This document shows, one piece after another, positions 12,931-31,501 of a stretch of DNA of 64,000 nucleotides (position 1 is its first letter; each line of letters starts with the position of its first letter). The translations under genes and the position numbers were made by a program. A model generated the notes under the pieces. The model did no database searches and was not told where the DNA came from. It worked only from the letters and a program-made list of their open reading frames with translations. Source of the stretch: Eledone cirrhosa (taxonomy: Eukaryota); NCBI GenBank assembly GCA_964016885.1, contig OZ024743.1, forward strand, positions 345,712,001 to 345,776,000, read 5' to 3'.

Positions 12931-14002
12931 AAATATGTATATATATATATATGTGTATATATGTGTATATATGTACACACATATATGTGTACACACATAT
13001 ATAAATACGTAGCTAAGTAGTTAGATAGATGTATATATGTATGAAGTATAATGTGCCTGAATGTGTGCATATATATCTACACAACTGTATGTATGTATCT
13101 ATGTTTGTATGTATGTATCTATGGGTGTGCATGTCTGCTTACGTTTTCATTTTATGATACACGAATCTAGGTACATGTGTATAACTAAAACGTATACGCG
13201 CATATATGTCTATACATATCTGTGTGTGAATATGAAGCTATTTCTGTGTAGCTCTGTATGAGTGTGTGTTTCTATATCTATACGAGTGTCTGTGTAACTC
13301 TGTATGTGTTTATGTAAATGCGTGATTGTACTTTGTGTATGGCAGTGTACCTATTTATGTTATTGGCAGTATCTGCATGTATATTTATGGCTGTAAATGG
13401 TGTGTATGACAGTGTGTCTGTATATATATATATATATATGTATGTGGTTGTGGTTGTATCTGAGTGTTTGTCAGTGTGTGTCAATCGAAGGATGTAATCT
13501 GCACTGGTTGTCTGACATATGTGCCAAAATTCTCAGAAAATTTATAAACCTTAACGTAGCTCCACTCCACCTCATAATAGTAGGGTGGGGCTGACATGTA
13601 TGCTATGAGATATAGGATTGATTGAGAATCTGGTGTGGATGAAGAAGATTCAGTAGCAAAACCTAATTTACTTCACCATCATCATTTTTACGGAATAATT
13701 TTTCATCTGAGAATGTCAATTAAGATTTGGGTAATTTCGTTCCTCTATCACTTTTCCTCTGTCAGTTTCTCTCGTTTTATGTGGCGGTGGGGACGTTATT
13801 TACCACCCATCACTACAACCATCTTCATCTAATACTCTTAGCCTTAAAACAGTGTCTTTAAATGTGTCTCCTCGATCTCTATTTCCCTCTCTATCATTTT
13901 CCCCTCCTATTCTGCCTATATATCTGTCACCCCCTTCCCTCGCTCTCTCTCACTCCTCTCTAACTCCCCCACCACACACACACAGTCTCTCTCTCTCTCA
14001 CT

Positions 14003-14106
<104 letters not shown>

Positions 14107-14156
14107 ACACATATATATATATATACAAACACATATATATATATAAATATATATAA

Positions 14157-14192
<36 letters not shown>

Positions 14193-14589
14193 CATCCAAA
14201 GTCAGAACTTAATAACAGTAATTATTTTTGTATCTCTGTTTGTCATTTTTTATTATACAGATACATATATAAGTATGAATGTGTTTGTGAGTTTGAATAC
14301 ACATATACATATAACAGTCTCTATCTTATTGTACTGTCTATAATTCATCACACAGTCGCGTTAGTTTTCTATTTCCTCAATTTATATATGTGCACATAAT
14401 GTTGAGATATACTTTGGAAAAAGGGAATGGTTCCAATACTATCTTCTATCAGATGAAGCTCTAATGGTATCTAGCAATATCAGAGATTTGTGGCGTAATT
14501 ACTGACAACAATCGCATCTGTGGTGATCATATCAACAACAAGATTTAGGTCTTCGATCCTGAGATCATTCCGGTTCAGATATCCTAGTT

Positions 14590-14925
14590 CAGGGATGTGC
14601 AACATATTCCATTGGCGGGCCACTTTTGAACACTGAAACAACTATTAGGGCCAGTCACTGTAAAAAATATGTAATCTAATGGAAACCAATGAATTGAGTC
14701 ATAAATACATTGTGAATGCATTTTTAAACAATAAAGACAAATATGTTGTAATTTAGTTTTATTAATGTGAGACTTGGTATTTGGTATAGGTCAACTAACA
14801 GAAATTTGTATTACGGTTACGAAAGGAATTCAAAATAAGCCTACAAGGTAACGGTCATTGCGGGCCACTATGGCTGGTCTGGCGGGACGGATTGTGGCCC
14901 AAGGGCCGCCTGTTGCACGCCCCTG
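14590..14925. mobile_element. hAT (Charlie-type) MITE
   Basis: TIRs CAGGGATGTGCAACA / TGTTGCACGCCCCTG; 8-bp TSD TCCTAGTT / TCCTAGGT; subterminal GCGGGCC motifs. Confidence 0.85.
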
Positions 14926-15693
14926 TCCTAGGTCATCACTTTTCTTTATACTTTATCTTCGATTTAAAAATTGGAGTTGCTAGAACGTCGGATGTGATAC
15001 CTTACGGCATATGTTCTGCCTTATTTCTTACTAACTTCAACGACTGAGTCCGCTTTATGTGCCAAGCTGCATCGGCTTTACGGTTTTCTTTGTCATATTT
15101 ATGGCAGGGAGAGGGGAGCCATATACCGTTTATATATGAGCAAGTGCTGACCTATCCTACAGGGAAACAACAACTGAAACAAGAAAATACGTCCAAATCT
15201 TTGATTTGAAGAGGAATTTTCCAGTTGCAAATCTACGGACACATGGGCTATACGGAAAGATTCGGAGTATTTTAATATAATGTACTTAGCTGACACGTCG
15301 GTGACAATTGGAGTTTGTGTAAGGTTTTTCTACGTCACAGGAACAAATGTGAGTTAAATTCTTCGGCAGAACTTCTTTTACATATCTGATTAGACCTACG
15401 AGTGAGAAACAGGATGATAAAATGAATAAACCAACGCATGTAAGAGGTCCATCCGTCTCAACTCTCCTACGTTGAAAATAAAGTATAGTTCAAGTGAAAA
15501 TAAAAAGTAGAAATATATGAGTTTAAAATATAATATAGTCAAAGACTAGGTATGCTTGCAAAATCTGGAGTATAATAAGGACCATTATACGCACATACAC
15601 ATACAATACACAAACACACATGCACAAGCACACGAAAACAACAACCAGTCCAATTATACATATATCAACAAATAGGAATTCACATAAATATTC

Positions 15694-16940
<1,247 letters not shown>

Positions 16941-17130
16941 GGAAAATGTTTGACCCCGACGGCAGAGCTCAAGCAGTTTCGATGGCTATTTCTGTCAAGA
17001 AATACCCGTCGAAACGGCTTGAGCTATGCCGTCGGGCTTAAATATTTTCCTATTACCCACTCTACTACCCTAAGTATTGAGTGCTCTGGTGCGTTATATT
17101 CCATCTGGTTCCTTACCACACAACCTTCGT

Positions 17131-17170
<40 letters not shown>

Positions 17171-17488
17171 GTATGTATCTGTGTTTACGTGTGCATTTCA
17201 ATAATGTGTGTGTGCGTACACAACTTTGTATTTTTTTTATTTTGTACACATATATTTAGAGTGTGTTTTGTGATTTATTTTGCCTATGAGTGGGTGTATA
17301 TCATTAATAGTGTGTGGTAACATATTGGAGTTTTCGGATATGAATATATATAGAGAGAGATCCCGAGTTAAATCGGGGTTAACTACAGTAAATAAGGAAC
17401 GTAATACACCAGTAGAGTGTAAACATCATATAGGGCATTCATGAATAATTTCTTACGAATGAAACAGTTATATAATCCTATAGATACC

Positions 17489-17591
<103 letters not shown>

Positions 17592-17628
17592 AAGAAGAAA
17601 TTAAAAGATGGTTAAAAAAGTTCCATGT

Positions 17629-17697
17629 ATTTTATTATGCGCATTCCAAAAACAATTATCATCCTGGGAGCATATTTGCGTTCTTATCAGATAAAAT
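17629..17697 (-). ncRNA. Decayed hammerhead copy (core CTGATAA, GGAA)
   Basis: Inverted copy of 17751-17819 with two core substitutions. Confidence 0.65.
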
Positions 17698-17750
17698 ATA
17701 TGTTGATTAGACACTACCTTGTTGTTTTAATCATCCTATCATGCTTCCCT

Positions 17751-17819
17751 ATTTTATCTGATGAGAACGCAAATATCGTCCCAGGATGATATTTGTTTTT
17801 GAAATGCGCATAATAAAAT
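17751..17819 (+). ncRNA. Type I hammerhead ribozyme (Penelope pLTR type)
   Basis: ATTTTAT-CTGATGA-G..CAAATATCGTCC/GGATGATATTTG..T-GAAA-TGCGCA-TA-ATAAAAT; palindromic stem III ATGCGCAT. Confidence 0.85.
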
Positions 17820-17941
17820 CCATCCAACTTTTTTAACCATCTTTTAATCTCTTCTTATATATACTCCAGTCCAATAAACTGTTGAGTGCTACTTATCCGA
17901 TATTTGCATTGCTTTATTTTTCGACAATAAAACTCACCTCC

Positions 17942-18159
<218 letters not shown>

Positions 18160-18296
18160 ATATATATATATGTAGGAGGTGAGTTTTATTATAGCACAAT
18201 AAAGCAATGCAAATATCGGATAAGTAGAACTTAACAGTTTATAGGACTGGAGTATAAATAATATAAGATCAAGAGATTATTAAAAGAGTTCCATGT

Positions 18297-18365
18297 ATTT
18301 TAGTATGCGCATTTCAAAAACAAATATCATCATGGAATGATACTTGCGTTCTCATCAGATAAAAT
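18297..18365 (-). ncRNA. Type I hammerhead ribozyme, same family as 17751
   Basis: Minus strand ATTTTAT-CTGATGA-GAACGCAAGTATCATTCCATGATGATATTTGTTTTT-GAAA-TGCGCA-TA-CTAAAAT. Confidence 0.75.
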
Positions 18366-18723
18366 AGGGAGACATGATATGAAGTTTAAAAAACACTTGC
18401 GAGCAGTGAAGTGTTAAATCTACATATGAAAAATAAAATAAGATGGATATATGAGATTGGGAAAAAAAGAAGGAAGGGGGAAGGAAAGGTAATGAAGAGG
18501 AAGAAAGAAAATAAAGGATGACGGCGGAGGAGTATAAGAAGGAAGGATGAGAAATGAGTGAGAGTGAGATATAGCCTTTAATACTGAGAAACACTGTCTA
18601 ACAGAGAGAAATTTAAAAAGATAATACATAATTTTAAAAAGTTTTGAAATTAAAAGTTAATGAGGTTTATGAATGGTGATGTTTATGATTAAAGAAAAAG
18701 GAATTAAGAATAGTATTTATTAA

Positions 18724-18933
18724 GACAAAAATATTAACTACAACATTTCTTGGAGGAAGGTTTGCAACGCCTGTCGTTACCTGAATTCTTCCCTATCCAG
18801 AACATGTAATCTCTGCCTAGCCGAGAAATTTACCATTATGTCTAATTTAAATTCTCTAATAAATAGACGTACGGATTTATTTTCGCTCTGCTTGCATAAA
18901 TCCCATAGAACTTTCCATAAAGTATACAGCTAA
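18724..18933 (+). pseudogene. C-terminal GIY-YIG fragment of a second Penelope-like family
   Basis: Reads DKNINYNISWRKVCNACRYLNSSLSRTCNLCLAEKFTIMSNLNSLINRRTDLFSLCLHK, matching the W..A..Y..CxLCL.EK..I..LN.R.EL..C.H pattern also seen at 20560-20710. Not in the ORF track because it has no start codon. Confidence 0.8.
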
Positions 18934-19399
18934 TATCTCACTATCTAAATAGTTTAAAATCTTCTTTTCTCAAACGCTTTTATATCTTTTACAAATATAC
19001 CAATCTTTCTACCTTATTTCAGTATATTATATTATACAATTTACTCATCCTATGTCGTTAGCGGTCCCCTATTTTTCTTTTTTTTTTATCCTTATTTGCT
19101 TTATCCTTTTTTCTTTTTTAATTTCTAATCTATAATCTGTAACTTTTACTTCTCAATTACTTCTTAATTCATATTATTTCTCAGTATAGCATTTTCCTTA
19201 TATTCTTGACCATACAAACTATATTTTTAATATATACTAATATTAAATATTAGTAAATTTTGTAAACATATTATTTTGACGTTATATATTTTTTCTACCT
19301 TAAATTTTCTTCTTTCTTCTCTCCTTCCGTGCTCGTATTAAACCTATTATTTACTTTTTCATATTACAATACATAGAAACAAACTTAGACCTTAACTAA

Positions 19400-20747
19400 T
19401 TCCTAATAAAAAGATTATTAGAACTTTCCTTAAAGACTATTATAGTCTAGATATTACATTTGAAACCACAAGTAAAGTAGTTAATTTCCTAGATATAACA
19501 TTAGACTTATCTACGGGTATCTTACCATAAACCCAACCAAAATGTACACTACATACACTCACAATCTAATCACCCTAAATCTATCCTTAAAAACCTTGCA
19601 TATAATATATCACTTAGAATTTCTAACCTTTCGTCTAACCAAGATGTATTTGATAAAAATGCGACCTTTTATAACGAAGCTCTAGCTAGAAGTGGCCACA
19701 CAAATAGATTAGTATATATACCTTCTACCAATAACACTACAAACATACAACCTAATATTACCAACAAACACCAAATGAAACATACACACCTAAATGCCAC
19801 TCACACTATACCCCAAACCACCAACATAAAACCTAATTTCTCTAACTCTTCTAATATACTCTCAAAAAACTACTCATCCTACAACTCTAATAAATGTTAA
19901 TAATAAAACTCATAATAAACAACCTAAAACACCTAAATCAATAAATCTAACTAAAAATGTGTGTGGAGAGGTCATTAACAATAATTCTCTTAATAAACAT
20001 CAGGATGCATCCTATAAAAACAATAAACAACATCGAAACCGTAATAGACGTGTTACATGGTATAATGCTCCATTCAATTTACAAATTAAGGATAATATAC
20101 CTAAAAAATTCTTTAATATCCTAGAGAAAAACTTCCCGCCAAACCACAAATACCATTAAATCTTAAATAGATCAACGGTTAAATTCTCCTACTCAACAAC
20201 CAAAAACATAAAACAAAATATAAGTGCCTATAATGCATATAAATGTAAAAAAAACATGAGTATACCACCAGTACATCAAACTAACCATAATATCTCCTCA
20301 GATACAGGATTCACGAAAAGTTGTAACTGTAGAAACAAGGCAAACTGTCCATTAAAAGGAAATTGCCTTGTTAATAACATAGTATATAAATGTAAAGTTA
20401 ACACTAAGGACTCAATTTATTCATATATAGGAGCTACCTCTAACAATTTTAAGGTAAGATTTAATACCCACAAACATAGTTTTAAAAATGCCGCACTAGC
20501 TAATACAACATCTCTAGCTGAAATAATTAATAGTTATAGAAAGAGGAATATAGAATATGACCTGACCTGGAGTGTGCTCAAAAGGGCCACCCCTTATCAA
20601 AATAGTAGAAATGAATGTAGATTATGTTCCCAAGAACTTTTCGAAATAATGAAATCTAAGGATATCCTATTAAATAAGCGACAGGAATGAATAATATCGT
20701 GTAATCATAAACTGAGAAAAACATTTAAATATTATAAACCTAATTAA
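19400..20747 (+). pseudogene. Penelope-like retroelement ORF remnant: RT C-terminal/thumb region, Cys-rich linker and C-terminal GIY-YIG endonuclease (5'-truncated, frameshift and stops)
   Basis: Translations read VNFLDITLDLSTG, PNQNVHYIHSQSNHPKSILKNL..ISLRISNLSSNQDVF..Y.EAL.RSG, RNRRVTWYNAPFN..FPPNHKYH, CNCRNKANCPLKGNCL..IVYKC..YIGATSNNFKVRFNTHKHSF..W..LKRATPY..CRLC..E..LLNKRQE*IISCNH. Domain order RT then EN fits Neptune/Nematis-type PLEs. Confidence 0.92.
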
Positions 20748-22530
<1,783 letters not shown>

Positions 22531-22823
22531 TATATGTAAATATATGTATATATATGTGTGTGTATGCACGCGTGTATATTGCGTACAAATATATACAAAC
22601 GCCTACATATCTTACAAACATACAGTGTGTGGGATCTCAGTTTCAACGACGTGTTTTCCATTTGATTCGAGGCACGGACCATCTTCCTCTCGACATTTAT
22701 CTGCAAGAGACTGAACATTTCACAGATACGTACACCCTTAATGAACTTCTCATTGAAATTCATCATGACAGAATGTGGGACAAGCATGACCATTTGAAGT
22801 AAAGTTTCAACTCGTTATTTTCA

Positions 22824-23190
22824 GGGTGGATTGGCAGTACAGGTAGAGGGTCGGACGCCATGCTTTGACGCATTGAGTTACGGCCCTTGCCATTCTGAGT
22901 TCAAATCCCGCCGAGCTTAACTTTGCCTTTCATCCTCACGGGGTCGATAAAATAAAGTACCAATAATGCACTGGCTAATTTCCGGCCTTGTGCCAAAAGT
23001 AGAAACAATTATTTTCAGGGTGGATTGGCAGTAACGGTTGAGGGTCGGACGCCATGATTTGACGCATTGAGTTACGGCCCTTGCCATTCTGAGTTCAAAT
23101 TCCTTTCGTCCTTACGGGGTCGATAAAATAAAGTACCAGTAATGCTCTGGGATAATTGCTGTCCTTGTGCCAAAAGTAGAAACAACTATT
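22824..23190 (+). mobile_element. Two tandem copies of the same SINE
   Basis: Copies at ~22824-23012 and ~23018-23190, bounded by TATTTTCAG three times. Confidence 0.88.
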
Positions 23191-23586
23191 TTCAGCTGTG
23201 TAGATTGAAAAAAAAAACATGAGATAATGTACCTAGCTCAAGGAAACTCTGTGCCACTGAATATCAAACTCACAACATGAGCCGAGCAAACAAATCTCTA
23301 TTCCACGCACCTTCCCATACAAACACATACCTTTTTCGAATACATAGAATAGAGTGGTCTTTGGTATTAACCACTATAATTTCTTTTTGTTTATTCCTAC
23401 TAATTAGTGCATGGAATTTGTTTATGTTAGTGTGCATCCAAGTATGTCGTGCGTATGTGTGAATGCAACCATGCGCACGCGTGTGTGTGTTCAATATTTT
23501 ACATCTGTTTCCATGTGTGCGAGCATATAAATGTATAAGTTTGATTGCTGTATTTTCTGAGCGCGATCGTCTGTATTATTACGTAA

Positions 23587-23778
23587 GGCGGTGGATTGGT
23601 AGTATCGGTATAGGGTCGGACGCCATGCTTTCCAGCATAGTTACGTCCCTTTACGATCTGAGTTCAAACCCCGCCGAGGTTGACTTTGGCTTTCATCCTT
23701 ACGGGGTCGATAAAATAAAGTACCAGTAATGCACTGGATAATTGCTGGCCTTGTGTCAAAAGTAGAAACAATTATTAT
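23587..23778 (+). mobile_element. Same SINE, full length
   Basis: GGCGGTGGATTGG..GAGTTCAAACCCCGCCGAGG..core..tail. Confidence 0.9.
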
Positions 23779-24605
23779 GAATGCTTGTATTCATCATGTT
23801 TAGATTGAATGTTTGTTTATAGGCTTACACATTATAGGCTTACATATACTGCCTTTCAGGAGCATGCACAATAAGACATGTGTTTTATACGCAATAGCTC
23901 ATACATACATGCATACATAGGAACGTACGTATGTACATATATTTATAAAACAATAAAACCAGAAAAACATCCATCCATACACACATACATATATACGTAC
24001 ATACATATATAGATACATACATATATTTACACGTACATGCGTGTCTGCATAGTGTGCATGGGAAGCCGTTATTAATACAATATATTTTTGAAACAAGTGT
24101 CTCTAATTTCAATATATCGATATTTCGGGCCCGTAGACGTTAGACCTGATGAAGGAAGAATATAAACGGAAAACATCAAATAAGTTTTGAATTCATGTCC
24201 TCCAAGTGGATGCCGTGCAGACAGCAGTTTGGTAAATCATATCTTCCGAGCGACTGAGATATCCGATCGGTTCCTGAGACCAATCATTACATAACCCGTT
24301 AAATGTCTCATAAAATATATCGGCGGCAGCCGCCACATGACACATAAGTATTTTTCAATGGGAATTTTGTCTGAAGTACGAAAATCCAATTCATATTTGT
24401 GATCTGGCTTGTGGAATCAATTATTTTCTTTATTATATGCAATGAAAGACTCACACGATCTCAATGGCACACGTCTTCATTTCTACAAACTGCACACCGA
24501 ATAACTATGGGTAATTATGAATGACTCGGGACTGCGACGTTAATCTATGATGTATTTCACTTGATATTTAGTACAGGCATATATGTAAATATACCCATGT
24601 ATAAG

Positions 24606-24695
<90 letters not shown>

Positions 24696-25844
24696 AAAAC
24701 AGTCAGGACCCAGACGGCTGAGTTCCGGCCGTCGGCGTCCTGACTGTTTTCATATTACCCTCTCTATTATCCAAAGTATCGAGTACTCTGGTGCGTTATG
24801 GTCCACCTGGTACCATACCGCACCTTCTTTGTTATATATATATATAGTAGATAACGAACGTTTCTGGTAACGAAAGTCACTGAAACGACTCCCTTTAAAT
24901 TAATTTCCCAACAAATAAAATCATGGCAACAAAATATTTCCATACATAAATAACATATTAAAACTTATGTTACCGAAGTTTCCTTGGTCTCTCTTATGCA
25001 AATTCTGCGTGATAGCTTTGTATACATTTAGTTTCAGCTTTGAGGGAACATTTATCTCGTGTGCATATATTTTCTTACTGTTACTCGCACTTTTCTATTA
25101 TGTCTGTATAGGATCAGGTAAAACGAAACCAATGTAAACACAACGAAGAATTGACAGCGAATATTTTCTGTGTTTATTCATTCACTCTTGTATTAACTAT
25201 AAAAACTATGTTATTTTTATCATATGAATTTATTTATAACTAGCAGGAGTACCACACTTCGGGTGGTTTTCTGCTAGTGTAATTATATGTTTGTATGTGT
25301 GTGTTCGTGTGTGTGTATGTTTGTTTGTTTGTATGTTGTATTTCGTAATGTATCTATCAATGTATACAAATGTATGAACAGAGAAAACTTCATTTTTACT
25401 TCAAATGATAGGAAATGGCAGCCACGTACATTACTTTAGATTAATTTTACGTAACGCAACAAGATTCTTTTTCTATAAAGTTGTGACACCAATTTAGTGA
25501 AGAAATGATTGTGTATAGATTGTGGTATGTACAGTAATAATCACAGGCATGATTGAAACAGCCTTCCACAGCACATACAAAGACATTTAAAACCGTAATG
25601 ATTTTCAAAAGAAATATTTTTTTAACGACTCTCGGCTTTTCTATAGCTTCTACTCTCGTCGGGGTTTCCCTGGCATATCGTTTATAGATAAGGGACTTAT
25701 CTTCTTTCATGATGTACAAAAGATACAGACTCCGAAAAACATATTTTATTTTGTAGTTATTTATTTTAATACTGAATAACAATTCTTTTATTGGTCATCA
25801 TTGTTGTCAGGTGAGTACATGATGTATATATATATCTGTGTGTG

Positions 25845-25889
<45 letters not shown>

Positions 25890-27216
25890 AAAATGTTCAA
25901 AACCCTGACGGCAGAGCTCAAGCCGTTTCGACGGCTATTTCTGGACTAAATTTAGTCCAGAAATAGACATCGAAACGGCGTGAGCTCTGCCGTCAGGGTT
26001 TTGAACATTTTCCTATTACCCAGTCTACTACTCTACTTTTCGAATGAAGCTTCCAGTTTTACATAAGCCCATTACGTAACGCAGTGAACCACGTATAAGA
26101 CTTTCCAGTATACAATAAATATATCAATGAATAGCAGGACATCTGCTGCTTTCCCATTAACCAGTCTGTACACACACACGCATATATATATATATAATAT
26201 GTGTGTATGTGTAAGTGTGTGTGTGTGTGTGTGTATGGGTGTGTGTGTCTGTGCGTAATAAATAGGGAATTGCTTATAAATATCAACATAACATTTTGGT
26301 GACGACGATGATTTGAACTCGCACCGTAATTTGATTTCCACTTTAATTTGATAAAGCTTGATTAGTAATTTCCTGTGACACACACAACACAAATAATTGA
26401 TACCCACAGAAAAATAAATACAGAATTGTGTTTTATTAATATTTAATAGGATGCTTTTGTATAGATTTGTTTGTTATTGGTTGACGTTTGGGCACGAATT
26501 CTCTCTACATATTGATATTTTAATTGATCTGTTAATGAATTAGGTTCAATAACGACTTAGATTCCTTCCCAAATGCATAGACACACACATACATGCGTAT
26601 TTGCTTAATAGAAACCCTTTACAGACTGACAAAAAGTGGCCAGCTGTCACTATGAAGAACTGAATTCCAAATCTTTCAGACACCGACTGACTGTTCTATC
26701 CATTGAGCTAAATGGTCTCTGACAAATTTCGAAGTTATTTTTAGTAACCAACTTAATTTGCTACATTTTATATATATTGTTTGTATATATGTTTATATCT
26801 ATTTATATATATTCCCACACACCACACTCATGAGACACAGACAGAAAACATGACACAGACACATACAAATATATATTTTACACTTTATTTCTCGTTACTT
26901 CTACCAATAAATTGCTCTTACCAAGTCACATATCCTTCATACAGATATTACATCCTATTTGTTCACTATAGTTCCTTCAATTCACCACAGACATGTCTAA
27001 AATTACTTCCGAACTGCGATCCTATCTTTGTCTTCTATGACGTCATTGTCAGTAAGATTTATCATAAACAATTTCAATATGACACGTCAATGAAGCACTT
27101 ACAGCTTAAGTTTTAAGGCAATATAATATTTTTGCGTCATCAACAGTGTACTCTTTAACATCTATCTATCTATCAAACAATCTCTTTCATTCTTTCTCTC
27201 TCTCTCTGTCTCGTTC

Positions 27217-27288
<72 letters not shown>

Positions 27289-27563
27289 CATGCATATGGC
27301 TATATTTATATATGAAAATGAAAATATATATAAGCATCTAGATATGTATACATATATATGTATATACATGCACGCGCGTGTTTGTCTGTGTGTGTGTGTA
27401 TGTGTAAGAGGAGAAATATATTCTAAAAGGCATAACAGACCTCCATAAATATTTACAAGTAGGCGTCTATTACGACAGATTTTACTATACAACTAAACAC
27501 AAATTCAAATGTACATGTACATACATGAATAAATCTCTCTCTCTCTCTCTCTCCCTCTCTCTC

Positions 27564-27688
<125 letters not shown>

Positions 27689-27715
27689 ATGTGTGTTTGT
27701 GTGTGTTTGTGTGTT

Positions 27716-27746
<31 letters not shown>

Positions 27747-27805
27747 TCGTGCGTACGATTTTGTCTATCTATCAATCTATCTATAGAAATATTGTTTTAC
27801 ATTCA

Positions 27806-29322
27806 TACCTCGACGGTGAACAGGTGTGGTCGCCTTTCCCTAGGCACATTTTTCCCCAACCTCGTTTCCTTGACGGAGCTGCAATACTGGGTCAAGCGAA
27901 GACTAAGAGGGTGTGCTTGGAAACTGGAATATCTTCAAGAGCTCACTCTCCTTTGCCAATAGGGCATTAGGATCGGTGGAAACTCGAGCTTGGCATTCCA
28001 TAGAGGGTCAGTGGAGAGCAAGAACGACGTCCTTGGGGAAACTGGGGCTCGACGAAAGCCAACTATTTTCTTGAAGAGGACTTCCAGGGTGCGTTGCCAG
28101 TTCGAGATAAACATTACAGTCATGGAAGTGCCATCAGCCGGGCCTGACCGAAATGCGTTGACACAAACCATATCATTCAAATCAGGATAGGACAGTACAA
28201 AATGGCTTTTCTGTGTGTAAAAACAAAAGAAAAAACCAAAACAAAAGATGTAACATAAATAAGAAGAAAGGAAAATTCCCCAATAGGGATGAGAGAAAGC
28301 CCTAAAAAACACCAGGGTGACCTCAACCACCAGACATGTGCCCTTTCCCATTTTTCTACCTCTAATCTACAGGTACACACTCAGAGCAGGCCCATCCGCT
28401 TGGGTCATGCTCGCCTATCTCACCCATCTATCAACAAATTACTGGGAGCAGTTCACTTTCCACTCTAATTTTCCTTTTTAAATGAAATTTGCAGAAGATA
28501 ATCAGGGCTTGCCGAAGAGGTAAGTGCTGGTCTTCAGTCCTTTCAAACGTGTACACCACATGACTTCTTTCACCATTGCTACCGGGCAGATAAAAACTGT
28601 CTGCCTTTCTTAGCTAAAGGAAGGCGGTGGTGCAATCTTCACGAATGACTCAGCTGATAGCCGGATCTGTCCTGCCCACGACAGGTGTTCGACATAAACC
28701 CATAAGATAAGAATGCTCGGACACTCGACGATTGCGTGCAGGACGGTTTCGTCGCCTGCACATATCTCAGACATGTTCAGCTTACGGCATTTCCAAGCCT
28801 CTAGAGATTTTTTTGAACTGGGAAAGCTCCTCGGTAGCAGGGACAGGCCAGGGATTTCTGGAAGTTGTCCATGGGTCCCAGCCTGTAATTTCCCCCGAAG
28901 AGTTTGGCTAGTTAATTTTCATTGACGCCCAGAGTCGTCCCAATGTCGTCGTCGCTCCTGCCCTCACCTAACCCCCTATAGAATGCAAACTTGTAGTTTC
29001 CACCGATCGCAGTGCCCGATTGGCTGAGGGCAGTGAGCGCCTGAAGATATTCCAGTCTCCAAACGCTCCCTCTCGGTAGTCGCTTGACCCAGGACTGCAG
29101 CTCCGTCATAGAGACGAGTTAGGGAAAAACGCTTCTAGCAAACGGTGAACACACCTGTTCACCGTCAAGGAAGAGTTGGAGATACCATAGCCTCAGCGCA
29201 TGTTTGTGCATCATTAGCTACGGCATGACCAGCCCTCCACGCAGCAGCTGTTGACAGCAGATGGACCGCCTGACAATCGGAGCGCGTCACTTCCACAAAA
29301 AGCGAAAGATCAGACGCTGCAT
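27806..29322 (-). mobile_element. Decayed L1/Tx1-like LINE 3' fragments (rearranged, two related pieces)
   Basis: Segments 27806-28150 and 28440-29320 share LINE-like sequence with each other and with 62380-63000 (e.g. CACACCTGTTCACCGT, GCATCATTAGC.ACGGCATG.CCAGCCCTC.ACG). Confidence 0.7.
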
Positions 29323-30234
29323 TGATCCTACTTTATTCTATCGACACCGTAAGGATGAAAAGCAAATCTATCCTCGGCAGGATTTGATTTCAGAACGTAA
29401 AGGACCATAACTCTATTTTGCAATGAAAAAACATTAAGAACGGCACCCGGCAGGGGTGGTTGTGAGTCATTGGCAGGTCATGCTCACTAATTGTGGCTGA
29501 TAATCGTCTTAGAGTTGTCTGGAACAAAATTACCCCTTCGCAGTGAAGAATAAAACGCATAAAGAAACAAAAAATAGCCACAATATATCTACATACAAAA
29601 TCACATACCGCATCTGTCGTCGCCCGGCTCAACAAGGACCGCATCTCTCAGGGAAGAATCACCCTAGAGTCTAAAAGTTTGCATCTGAAGCGAGCTCTTC
29701 TCCCAAAACGGACTTGAATGGTCACTTGAACGAGAATAATTTATCCAAGTCCTTCAAGTTCAGCACCACAAGAAAGATAAAAACCTGAACGTACTAAATA
29801 GACGCGCGAAGATTATAAAGGAGTGATTTATGCATTTTATAGCTCGTTAGGCAAACCATCGGAATCAAAACTAGTGTCGTTTGATTTGTCATTTCTGTTT
29901 GCATATGCTGAGATTAAGTAAGTGATATAGTCACTACTTTAAAACTCATAACGAATGGTCTTCTAAATGTTTTTAATTAAACATACAGTATGTTGCCAAA
30001 TATACTATACATACATTTATGATAAACTATATATATGTGTTTGTGTCTATATTGTATCTGTATTATTTTTGACCGTCGGTCAGTCAATGGCAACATTGAG
30101 GACCGAGTATATTATATTATATTAGATTACCGATATAAAAGACACAGAAGCGAAAAGCGAAAACCAACCAAAGAGTGAGTGTGTTCTGTTATTAATTCTG
30201 GCAATATTACACAAATATGACCCTCCCCAAGTAT

Positions 30235-30317
<83 letters not shown>

Positions 30318-30932
30318 CATATATACATATATATTTATATATATATATGTATATATATATACATACATATATATATATACATATATATTTATATATATAT
30401 ATGTATATATATAGTTTCGTTGACAACTATACTAATGTGCACAGACACACAGATATATTGTCCTTGGTATGACAGTGTGGTTTTAGCTCAAGTAGGATAA
30501 CTAGTATACTACAAAGCCGTTATAAGTTTAGGAATAACCAAAGAGTGCTTATGCTTAGTTTGTTTTTTGATCATGCTGAGTAACACCCTCATTCATTTCT
30601 TGCTCTCCTCTCTCACCCTCCTTATGATCTATTGCACCATTTATGTGATAAACATTTGATGTAATTTTTTATGAAGTAATTTTTATGACATTATATGTAT
30701 CATGTATTGTGTGCCCCTCTACTTGTACTTCTTCCTTGTTGTGGTGCCTAGGCTCGATGGAGCATGCAACCTTTGATATACTTTTGTTTATATGCTCCGA
30801 TGATTCCTGCCCTAGGGTGTGGATGAAACACATATATATATATGATATATATATATATATATATATATATGATATATACTTATCCTTAACGAGCTCTCTT
30901 TGGATTTTAGTCTTCAAATTTATTATTATTAC

Positions 30933-31059
<127 letters not shown>

Positions 31060-31061
31060 GT

Positions 31062-31147
<86 letters not shown>

Positions 31148-31200
31148 AAAATAGTGAAAACAATGGAATTACACAAAATACGGGCAATTCATAGTAAAAC

Positions 31201-31337
31201 TCATTATTTTACGATCGTTTCTGGGTGGTAGTTCTCCGTATATTCATTCTATTAGTGTTATATGTATAATATATTACAAATTATCAAAGTAAGAAAATAT
31301 ACATACGTCTTATATACCCGCCGTCTTCATAAACATT
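31201..31337 (-). ncRNA. Diverged relative of the long-stem-II hammerhead (core ATGAAGA, decayed)
   Basis: Minus strand ..TGTTT-ATGAAGA-CGGCGGGT...ACCACCCA-GAAA-CGATCG-TA-AAATAATGA. Confidence 0.55.
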
Positions 31338-31446
31338 ATTTCAAGGATGACACGCAAATTCGTGAAGCGTTCCATATTTTTTTTCAAGGACGGTGCCCCA
31401 GCATGGCCTCAGCCGGATGGCTGGAACAGGTAAAAGAGTAAAAGAG

Positions 31447-31501
<55 letters not shown>

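Noticed and set aside
20688-20690. In-frame TGA before the conserved ..SCNH end of the endonuclease, considered as selenocysteine
   Set aside because: It does not align to a Cys position, the copy has other stops and a frameshift, and I saw no SECIS; most likely decay.
30787-30835. CCGATGA-TTCC..GGAT-GAAACAC motif
   Set aside because: The core is mutated and the putative stem III is interrupted by TA repeats.
31380-31410. FKDGAPAW string resembling the Tc1/mariner QQDGAPAH motif
   Set aside because: Too short, with no flanking transposase similarity or TIRs.
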